Positions 29,424-37,826 of a DNA stretch of 64,000 nucleotides are shown here, piece after piece. This stretch comes from an uncultured cyanobacterium (lineage in GTDB: Bacteria; Cyanobacteriota; Cyanobacteriia; Cyanobacteriales; Nostocaceae). Under the pieces are notes generated by a model. The model saw only the letters and a program-made list of their open reading frames with translations, ran no database searches and was not told the origin of the DNA. The stretch is from contig OY970166.1 of the NCBI GenBank assembly GCA_963706595.1, positions 1,760,001 through 1,824,000 of the forward strand, given 5' to 3'. A program made the translations under genes and the position numbers. The first letter of the stretch is position 1; each line of letters opens with the position of its first letter.

Positions 29424-29759
29424 CTAAGAGGCTAAACTTTCGACACTTAGAGGCACCATATCGCCATTCTTCGTTAGTCCTAACAACATCGCTTCTTGGG
29501 CTGGTATTAATTGACCCGTGAGTACACAACGTTCTTCTTGCTGCGCTGTAGCAGCTATACTAGCTCGAATATCGGCTCGCGAAAATCGGGGTTTCCACTC
29601 ACCTGATTTTTGTTGTACATAATTCCAGAGGATATCTCTAATCAAAGCTTGATATCCCTGATTACCGGCGATTTCTTTGAGTTTATCTTTGAGTTCTCGC
29701 TCAAGACGGATGCTGGTAACTTCCATGTCAGTGGTGGGAGTGCGAGCGATTGTATGCAT
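29424..29759 (-). CDS. CopG/ribbon-helix-helix DNA-binding protein with a C-terminal extension
   Basis: VTSIRLERELKDKLKEIA..GYQALIRDIL; AAGGAG ribosome-binding site upstream. Confidence 0.85.
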   Translation of the reverse strand: MHTIARTPTTDMEVTSIRLERELKDKLKEIAGNQGYQALIRDILWNYVQQKSGEWKPRFSRADIRASIAATAQQEERCVLTGQLIPAQEAMLLGLTKNGDMVPLSVESLAS

Positions 29760-29780
29760 AACTTTTGCTCCTTAAAGGTA

Positions 29781-29809
29781 TGGACAGTATAGTAATACAA
29801 GTGTAGTAT
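29781..29809 (+). promoter_or_regulatory. Sigma70-type promoter divergent from the RHH gene
   Basis: TGGACA-17 bp-TAGTAT, with repeated AGTA motifs. Confidence 0.55.
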
Positions 29810-30068
29810 GTTTGAAGAAATCTTCAAATCAGTGCAATTTGCTGTGAAATTAGTCTCTGCCATCTCCACTTCCTTGTGTGCGTCCATCTGTCCAGCCAGT
29901 TGGGAATTAGCCGCCTTGGGAGTGAAGTATTTATTTATGGGCGATGGTAAGCGAGATCATCGGCAAATCACAGCAGATGATTTGAGATTGATCAGCATGA
30001 GTTTACGGAGTTACGGGCTGAAGAATATTTTACCCAGGTGAGACTAGGAGATTGTGCGGTCAAATTTC

Positions 30069-30105
30069 AACCCCCGACTCACCCAAAGGAGAAACGGGGG
30101 TTTTT
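30069..30105 (+). terminator. Intrinsic terminator upstream of the alr0857-like gene
   Basis: AACCCCCG...CGGGGG followed by TTTTT. Confidence 0.6.
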
Positions 30106-30183
30106 GATCAGGATGAAAGCTGTGACGATACAGTTTTGGAACAGATGTGCAAGCAAACCTGGAATAACAGGAGAGCATAAGGA

Positions 30184-30621
30184 ATGCTGAAATTAACTTA
30201 CACCGAAAGGAGCTTTTATTTAGAGTGTATAGCTCAGTCACTAGAGGAATGGGTGGCGCAGCGAGTGGTTTTTGCCCTACGTGTTGGGCAAAGTCTGTAT
30301 GTTGAATCCAGCACTGCTTCCTTTCTGCTTCCTGTTGATTTACCAGGAATAGATATGCTCAAGGCTGAAGTTAAACCAGATCACAGCGAAATTATCAGCT
30401 TGTGTGCTTGTGATAGTGAGTATATGGAAGTGACTTTGAAGGGTTTTTGGCTATCAGATGGTTCTGAAGATGCTGTGGGTTTGTTTGTCACCACTATCAG
30501 CGATCGCACTTCCACTGGTGAGGCTTTGTCGCTAGCTGCACCCATTGAGGTATTTTTGCATCAACTTTGGCAAGAAGCGCAAGCTGGCAATTCTATGATC
30601 AGCCAGTGGTATGATTCCTAG
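30184..30621 (+). CDS. alr0857-family conserved cyanobacterial protein
   Basis: MLKLTYTE..FYLE...SLEEWVAQRV.FALRVGQ...STASFLLP recognised from memory; AGGAG/AAGGA upstream. Confidence 0.75.
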   Translation: MLKLTYTERSFYLECIAQSLEEWVAQRVVFALRVGQSLYVESSTASFLLPVDLPGIDMLKAEVKPDHSEIISLCACDSEYMEVTLKGFWLSDGSEDAVGLFVTTISDRTSTGEALSLAAPIEVFLHQLWQEAQAGNSMISQWYDS

Positions 30622-31016
30622 TCTCAGAGTTATACGTAAGTAATTGCAGCAATTCATAAATTGCCCCTACTTAAGTATTTCAGGCGCTCTTCCTAAAGGT
30701 TGATTTTATTGCCAATATAAATAAAATAAATTTCATTCTAGAGGTCGATACAAGTGTGAGCCATTTAAGAGTAAAAGTGTAAAGTATGAAATTTGCTGAA
30801 AGAGAATATCTGTGTAAACCACAATAATTAATTAGGTATCGAAAATTTGATGATTCAAATCGGCAATACCAAAAAACTTTCCGACCGATTTCATAGTTTA
30901 ATTAACTCCAAAAGCACACATTAATAATTTCATGTTACCCCTTTACTAACAAAGGGATTGCTTGATGATTAAATGTGCAAATCTTGCGTTGTTGAAGCTG
31001 TTAGTGAGGATAAAAA

Positions 31017-31376
31017 ATGAAGATTTTTGATTTTGTTTTATCTATTTTGCGCCCAGTCCGTTTTGTAATTGTGGCTTCTGCTTGTACGCTGCTATTTTTA
31101 TCCAGCGCATCTCCTGCTTTTGCCATCAGTAGCTATCAAAGTAATCCTCAAGAAGGCACTACACAACTTCTGGAAACTCAACGAAAAACTGATGAAGTGG
31201 CTAAATCCGATCCCCTGAAATTGAAAGAGGTGCAAGAAAATTCCAACAAAGGGTTGAATGAAGTTCAGGGAGATGCTGACATTGACAAAATGAAGAGTCC
31301 TGAAAATTCACAGAGTTCAACCTCAGTAGAAGATAATGTCCAGAATTTTTTCGATAAAGTGACAGGGAAAAAGTAA
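31017..31376 (+). CDS. Small exported hydrophilic protein (stress/low-temperature-induced-like)
   Basis: Signal peptide ending SPAFA; GLNEVQGDADIDKM motif; GAGG upstream. Confidence 0.7.
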   Translation: MKIFDFVLSILRPVRFVIVASACTLLFLSSASPAFAISSYQSNPQEGTTQLLETQRKTDEVAKSDPLKLKEVQENSNKGLNEVQGDADIDKMKSPENSQSSTSVEDNVQNFFDKVTGKK

Positions 31377-31408
31377 GTTGTAAAACTAATTATAAGTAAG
31401 ATAAACTT

Positions 31409-31440
31409 CCCCCGATTTTGCAAAGTAATCGGGGGTTTCT
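31409..31440 (+). terminator. Hairpin, probable terminator
   Basis: CCCCCGATT-N9-AATCGGGGG then TTTCT, 33 nt after the stop. Confidence 0.55.
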
Positions 31441-31773
31441 ATTTTCTATTGTTTTCAATAGCTGGGGAGTGGGGAGTGGGGAGTAGAGGAAAAGGGGCAG
31501 GGGGCTAAGAGTACCTTATATAATTGGAAATTGCTGTATGCCAGAGATTTAAATTATGGTATAATGGTTGAAAAAATTAGTAATTGCGTGGCTCTTGTAG
31601 TTTTCAGTGCAAAAAGAAAGACGGGTGAGCATTTACCAAAATTTACTATATAAGTAATTCCCGCAATCCCCTACAGCAGTGTTTTCTACCATCATGACGC
31701 GAGAGCCAATTTTAGTTCAGGGAAATTACGGGGATTAACTTAAGATAATTTATTGTGCAGTCGCGCCTGTCAG

Positions 31774-33807
31774 ATGATGATCTGCTGCTTAAATCCCGAT
31801 TGCCCAAATCCCCTAAATTCTGACAAACAGAAGTTATGCCAAACTTGTAGCACTCCCTTAGTGCCACTTTTGCGAAATCGCTTCCGCGTCATTCGGGTGC
31901 TTTCCGATGAGGGGGGATTTGGCAGAACCTATTTATCCGAAGATACAGATAAACTCAATGAACGTTGTGTAATCAAGCAGTTAGCGCCGAAGTTTCAAGG
32001 AACTTGGTCGCAAAAGAAAGCTGTAGAGTTATTTGCCGAAGAAGCCAAGCGTCTACAAGAACTGGGAGAACATCCACAAATACCAACTCTGTTGGCTTAT
32101 TTTGAGCAAGACAACTGTCTGTATTTGGTACAACAGTTTGTAAATGGGCAGAATTTGTTAACCGAGTTGCAACGGCGAAAAGTTTATAAACCTGGGGAAA
32201 TTCAAGCAATTCTGCTGCATTTATTGCCTGTCCTCAAGTTTATCCATGATCGTGGTGTGATTCACCGCGATATCAAACCAGAAAATATTATTCGCCGACA
32301 TGGTGATGGGCGGTTAAGCCTGATAGATTTTGGTTCCTCGAAGCAATTAACGGCGAGAGTCCAGAAAAAAATCGGCACATCGATTGGTTCTCATGGTTAT
32401 TCGCCATTGGAACAAATTAGGGACGGTAAGGCTGACCCAGCTAGTGATTTGTTTGGTTTGGGGGCTACTTGCTTTCATTTGCTAACTGGAATTTCCCCGT
32501 TTCAGTTGTGGATGGAATATGGCTATGGCTGGGTGTCGAATTGGCGACAATATTTGCGAAGTCCATTGAATAATGAATTGGATTATGTTCTGGATAAACT
32601 GTTGAGAAAAGATATCCAGCAGCGTTACCAATCAGCAGATGAAGTTATTGCAGAATTGACTCCAAAACAAGCACTAGCACTACCGCCAGCAGGTAAGTCT
32701 TCTGGAAAAATTCCAGTAACTCAAATTTCATCTTTACCAGTCAAATATGCTTTACTGAAAAATTTAGTCTTGGTAAGTGCTTTAATTCTGTTATTTGGTA
32801 TCCAAGATTCTTGGTATCAGCAATATCGTCGTGTCCACACTGTTTTATGGTCTCGGCTGAGTCAAAATCGTAGTAATTCGGGCGAGTCAGTTGTTGAACA
32901 GTCGCCTAATTTGACCTTAAAGAACATTTCTTTAGCTAAAGTTCTGCAAGGTGATGAAGATTTGGTTTCATCTGTGGCGATTAGTCCCGATAGCCAGATT
33001 TTTGCTAGTAGTGGCGACCGTTTGATTAAAGTTTGGAATCTGACTACAGGAAAAGAAATTGCTACTCTCAAAAGCCATGTCCAAAGGGTAAATGTGGTAG
33101 CTATCAGCCCAGACGGACGCACTCTGGTGAGTGGTAGTGATGATAAAACTATCAAAATTTGGGATTTGCCAACTGGTGAGTTAGTTCGGACGCTGAGGGG
33201 ACATTCTGATTCAATTCAGGCGATCGCGATTAGTCCAGATGGTGCAACTTTGGTTAGTGGTAGCGATGATTACTCGATTCGACTGTGGAATATGGCAACG
33301 GGAAGGTTAAAACGCACACTCAGAGGGCATACATCTTGGGTGCGATCGCTGGCGATTAGCCCGGATGGTGTGACTCTGGCCAGTGGTAGTTTTGATAAAA
33401 CTATTAAAATTTGGGATTTAAATAAAGCTGTTTTTATTGATACACTGCGGACGGATGCGGAAACGGTGACAGATGTGGCTTTTAGTCCAGATGGTCTGAC
33501 TCTGGCTAGTGCTAGCCGCGATCGCACGATTAAACTGTGGAATTTAGCCACCAAACAGAAAACTCAGACGTTAGCAGAAAATGCCGAAACGGTGACATCG
33601 ATTGCTTTTAGTCCAGATAATACGACTCTGGTGAGTGGTGGTCGCGATCGCACGATTAAACTGTGGAATTTGGCCACAGGTAAAGAAATGCGTACACTTG
33701 TGGGTCACGCCGACACTGTAACTTCAGTCGCTATCAGCCCAGATAGTAAGACCCTTGTCAGTGCTAGTGAGGACAATACGATCATGATTTGGCGATCGCC
33801 TCAATAA
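31774..33807 (+). CDS. Ser/Thr protein kinase with N-terminal 4-Cys motif, a TM helix and WD40 repeats
   Basis: CLNPDC...CQTC, GGFG, HRDIKPEN, DFG and seven WD40 units. Confidence 0.95.
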   Translation: MMICCLNPDCPNPLNSDKQKLCQTCSTPLVPLLRNRFRVIRVLSDEGGFGRTYLSEDTDKLNERCVIKQLAPKFQGTWSQKKAVELFAEEAKRLQELGEHPQIPTLLAYFEQDNCLYLVQQFVNGQNLLTELQRRKVYKPGEIQAILLHLLPVLKFIHDRGVIHRDIKPENIIRRHGDGRLSLIDFGSSKQLTARVQKKIGTSIGSHGYSPLEQIRDGKADPASDLFGLGATCFHLLTGISPFQLWMEYGYGWVSNWRQYLRSPLNNELDYVLDKLLRKDIQQRYQSADEVIAELTPKQALALPPAGKSSGKIPVTQISSLPVKYALLKNLVLVSALILLFGIQDSWYQQYRRVHTVLWSRLSQNRSNSGESVVEQSPNLTLKNISLAKVLQGDEDLVSSVAISPDSQIFASSGDRLIKVWNLTTGKEIATLKSHVQRVNVVAISPDGRTLVSGSDDKTIKIWDLPTGELVRTLRGHSDSIQAIAISPDGATLVSGSDDYSIRLWNMATGRLKRTLRGHTSWVRSLAISPDGVTLASGSFDKTIKIWDLNKAVFIDTLRTDAETVTDVAFSPDGLTLASASRDRTIKLWNLATKQKTQTLAENAETVTSIAFSPDNTTLVSGGRDRTIKLWNLATGKEMRTLVGHADTVTSVAISPDSKTLVSASEDNTIMIWRSPQ

Positions 33808-34228
33808 TGGGAGTTGCATATAGCTTGCAATAGAGATCCTCATTTGCGTAATATGAGTTCCAACAGCAACTGGAAGTCCCTCACACAGTGCTGAAAACAA
33901 CCAGCTATGTTGGCTTCCAGTCCTTCCTTTGTCCATCGTTGCAAAATCATAAATTGTCACACATCAAATAATGTGCATATAGCAGGTTTACCAGGCTTTA
34001 TATAGTTTGATCAAAATCACCTTTGTATATGAGTTATAACTATTTTGCTAACGTCATATACCTGTTGATTACCATTTAACAGTGTTAAAAATACTGGTGT
34101 GATTCTATGAAAATTAACCCAGTAAATAGTAAAACTTTAATTGACGAACATACTCCCATAAACCAGACAGTTCTGCCCCAGCAATAAAAAGCTGACTCTC
34201 GAATTTTATCAAAAATAGATATTTACCA

Positions 34229-34582
34229 ATGATTCATATTTCACAACTACCTTGGTTATTAGTTGCTGTATCTGCGTTTTGTAATTGCATTGGTAATATT
34301 CTACTCAAGCAGTCACGTTTAGGGATAAATAATGCCAATTTCCTTGTAACCATAGTTTCCCCCTGGTTTATTGCTGCGCTGATTTCTTACTGTACAGGGT
34401 TGCTTTTATTAGCAAAAGCACTTGATCAACTCCCGCTTTCTATGGTGGTTCCCACTTCCCAGGGAATTGGATTCATTTTGGTGATTCTTTTGTCGTATTG
34501 GTTATTTAATGAAACTTTGACATTCAATCAGTTAATTGCCATAAGTTTCATTTTTGCGGGAGTCGTGGTGATGACACGTTGA
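34229..34582 (+). CDS. SMR/EamA (DMT-superfamily) small membrane protein, ArnE/F-like
   Basis: 117 aa, four hydrophobic helices, GNILLK, LPLS and LFNE motifs. Confidence 0.8.
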   Translation: MIHISQLPWLLVAVSAFCNCIGNILLKQSRLGINNANFLVTIVSPWFIAALISYCTGLLLLAKALDQLPLSMVVPTSQGIGFILVILLSYWLFNETLTFNQLIAISFIFAGVVVMTR

Positions 34583-34676
34583 TCATTTCAGGGAAGTAAA
34601 TTTTTTTAAACTTTGCAATTGATCTATTGATTATGGTTTGTATATCTTGTCAACATTTAGACACCAAGGGGTTATT

Positions 34677-35567
34677 ATGACATCTCTTAAAGGTAAGACA
34701 GTTCTTCTCACAGGTGCATCACGTGGGCTAGGGGTATATATTGCGCGGAATTTGGCAAAAGAGCAAGCAACTATAGTCGGCGTTTCTCGTTCAAAATTAA
34801 GTCTAGATCAAGTAAGTGATCAAATCAAAGCTGTTGGTGGTAAATGGATCAGTATTCCCTTTGACATGACAAATGTAGCAGAACTTTCTACTTTAGCGTC
34901 CCAAATACATGAAGTTGCCGGACCCGTTGACATTTTAATTAATAATGCTGGTGTAGAAATGTATCGCAATTTTGTAGATTATTCTCTTGAGGAAATCCAG
35001 TCAATATTGACAACTAATCTAATTGCTGCTGTGGAAATAACTCGTTTATTACTACCAAGTATGTTGGAACGGCGTAGTGGACACATTGTTAATATTGCTT
35101 CTATAGGTGGGAAAAAAGGAGTTGCTTACAACAGCATCTATTCTGCGAGTAAAGCTGGTTTGATTCTGTGGAGTGATGCTATACGACAAGAATTAACTGG
35201 TACTGATGTGAATATCTCGACAATTTGCCCAGGATATATCAGTAAAGTTGGGATGACTGTTAAAACTCGTGTACCAGTACCACCACTAGCAGGTATATCT
35301 ACACCTACTAAAGTGGCAGACGCAGTGATTAAATCTCTTAAAAAAAATCAGGCAGAGGTAATAGTAAATGAAAGTTTTCTCACCGAAGGTCTGACTAAAG
35401 TAATGTTTGCAATTGGACAAATTTATCCAGAAATTGTAGACACAATTTATCGCCTGATTGGCGTGGTCAAATTGAACCAAATGCGATCAGAAAAATTGAG
35501 GACCGTTGAAATTGCGCCTAATAAACTAAAAAGCCAAGTTGCAAATACTGGCTTTGCACAATGGTAG
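34677..35567 (+). CDS. Classical short-chain dehydrogenase/reductase
   Basis: TGASRGLG, NNAG and YSASK; ATG at 34677. Confidence 0.92.
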   Translation: MTSLKGKTVLLTGASRGLGVYIARNLAKEQATIVGVSRSKLSLDQVSDQIKAVGGKWISIPFDMTNVAELSTLASQIHEVAGPVDILINNAGVEMYRNFVDYSLEEIQSILTTNLIAAVEITRLLLPSMLERRSGHIVNIASIGGKKGVAYNSIYSASKAGLILWSDAIRQELTGTDVNISTICPGYISKVGMTVKTRVPVPPLAGISTPTKVADAVIKSLKKNQAEVIVNESFLTEGLTKVMFAIGQIYPEIVDTIYRLIGVVKLNQMRSEKLRTVEIAPNKLKSQVANTGFAQW

Positions 35568-35764
35568 AACACATTGCAATGCATGGTTGTATGTATATCA
35601 ATCGGGGCTATTAGATGCTTTGTATTATATCCAAGTTTCAATGAAAAAGGAATTCTAACAACTAGAAAAAATGTAAAGCAAAGAAAATTAAAGCCAACTA
35701 AAAATGAAATACCTCTGCATATAAATAGATATTTATTGCAAGTCACTAACATCGTTATAAGGAG

Positions 35765-36541
35765 ATGACAACAATGGTTAAAAGTTCCTCTATTCCTCAA
35801 CCGCTGATCAATATCTTTAAATCTGTAAATTGGAATTTCAAGTTTATCAGTAGTCAAATAATGTTGTACAACGAGGCCAGGTTAGCGCCTACTTTCCATG
35901 AAGTGGTACTAAAAATTGCTAATCTTCCACTAGGCCAAGTACCAACACGCAAAATGCTGGCTGAATTGCTAGTAGGTTGGGGAAACAATTTTTTTGTTAC
36001 TGACCTTGATTACCTAGATGAAGTTGCGAAGCAGGTTGCGAATACCCCTGGTCCTATCCTTGAGTGTGGTAGTGGACTAACGACTATTTTGATGGGATTG
36101 CTTGCTGGTCGGCGCGGTGTTGAGATTTATTCTCTAGAGCATATGCCGAAATGGCACACATATGTAAGTGATATGCTGCAAAGCTACTGTATTGAGGGAG
36201 TTAATCTTTATCTATCACCGTTGCAAGACTTCGGCGGCTTTTCTTGGTACCAACCTCCTTTAGCTAGCTTGCCGAATGATTTCCGTCTAGTTATTTGTGA
36301 CGGACCTCCTACAAATCAAACACCTGGTGGTCGGTACGGTCTTTTGCCTATTCTGGGACAACATCTTGCTCCTGGTGCAGTGATTTTGCTTGATGATGCC
36401 GATCGCGAGGGCGAAAGAGAAGCGCTGCGTCAATGGACAACTGAAGCAAGAATCAACGTTGTGCATCGCGAATTTTCTTCGGGATCATTCGCCTTCGTAA
36501 CTTATTTAGGCAGATTTAATGAGTTTGAGGTAAATCAATGA
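35765..36541 (+). CDS. Class I SAM-dependent methyltransferase
   Basis: ILECGSG, SLEH, ICDGPP, ILLDDA; AAGGAG upstream. Confidence 0.8.
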   Translation: MTTMVKSSSIPQPLINIFKSVNWNFKFISSQIMLYNEARLAPTFHEVVLKIANLPLGQVPTRKMLAELLVGWGNNFFVTDLDYLDEVAKQVANTPGPILECGSGLTTILMGLLAGRRGVEIYSLEHMPKWHTYVSDMLQSYCIEGVNLYLSPLQDFGGFSWYQPPLASLPNDFRLVICDGPPTNQTPGGRYGLLPILGQHLAPGAVILLDDADREGEREALRQWTTEARINVVHREFSSGSFAFVTYLGRFNEFEVNQ

Positions 36542-37801
36542 ACCAGATAGGGATATCTATTTTTGCAGTTTTGGCAGTTTTTGTAATTATTCAGACTCTT
36601 TGTGCGCTGGCTTTTACATCATCACTTTGTGTGCCAAAATCGCAGACTATCCAAGATGAGTTGTTACCCAAGGCGGTGATTATTCTTGCCTTGCGAGGTG
36701 CTGATCCATTCTTAGCTGACTGTCTTTGCGCTCTACTAAACCAGAACTATCCACAGTACGACTTGCACATTGTAGTTGATAGTCAGGAAGATCCTGCCTG
36801 GGATGTGGTTGAAAAAACTATCCAGGAAACAGGAGCAACGCATTTCCAAGTCACACCTTTAATTATGCGCCACAATACCTGTAGTCTCAAATGCAGTGCC
36901 TTAGTGCAAGCGATCTGTGCATTAGACGATTCTTATCAGGTAGTGGCTTTCATCGATGCTGATGTCGTTGCCCATCCAAACTGGTTACGTGAATTAGTTG
37001 TACCCTTAGCGGACAAGCGGATTGGAGCCAGCACAGGAAATCGTTGGTATATGCCGCCAAGGGAACAATGGGGTTCGCTGGTGCGATATATATATAACTC
37101 GGCATCGGTAGTTTCCATGTATATCCACAAATATGCTTGGGGAGGCTCAATGGCAATGAAACTGTCTAACTTGCGACAATCCCAACTTTTAGATATATGG
37201 ACGCAAAGCCTTTCCGTTGATGCACCAGTCCACGGAGCGTTACACAACATTGGCTTAAAAGTGAAATTTGTGCCGACCGTGATGATGATCAATCGGGAGA
37301 ATTGTGATTTAGGTCAATGCTTGCGCTTCATTCAACGCCAATTACTTATGCCAAGGCTATATCACTCTAAGTGGATGCTGTTTGTCTTCCAGGTATTCGT
37401 ACCCTCATTAGCTCTTGTGATCGCAATAGGACTGATGGTAATTTCCCTAATCAGAGGCAATTTTGCCGCAGCAGTCTGTGTTTGGAGGCGGATTCTTCGG
37501 CTATATCTTGGTAATGACATTGCTGATTACACTTTTGGAACAAGGAGTCCGGCAGGTTATTTGGGATTATAGCAAACCTATGAAGCGTTTTTCGTTTGCA
37601 TTCTTAATGAAAGTTTTGCTGGCGGTTCCGTTGGCACAATTAATTTCTACGCTGGCTACAGCATCAACCATGATTAAGCGAAATGTTGAGTGGCGTGGTG
37701 TTATCTATCAAGTCAAAAATCCTTTCAATATTCGATTAATTGAATACCATCCTTATCAAAAGTCGCTTCAACCAGTTGATAGTAAAGCTTCAATTGGCTA
37801 A
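36538..37801 (+). pseudogene. GT2/GT21-like (ceramide glucosyltransferase-like) membrane glycosyltransferase, frameshifted near 37475
   Basis: ORF 36538-37572 has LRGAD, FIDAD, TGNRWY and AWGGSM; overlapping ORF 37463-37801 supplies the C-terminal helices and VEWRGVIY. Confidence 0.8.
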
Positions 37802-37826
37802 GGGACTGAAAAGTATGCCATCCATC

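Noticed and set aside
29808..30041. 77-aa ORF upstream of alr0857
   Set aside because: Its ATG overlaps the predicted -10 box, so it would not be on the transcript; a shorter 34-aa version remains possible.
35447..35857. Short ORFs between the SDR and methyltransferase genes
   Set aside because: No recognisable motifs; they overlap better-supported genes.
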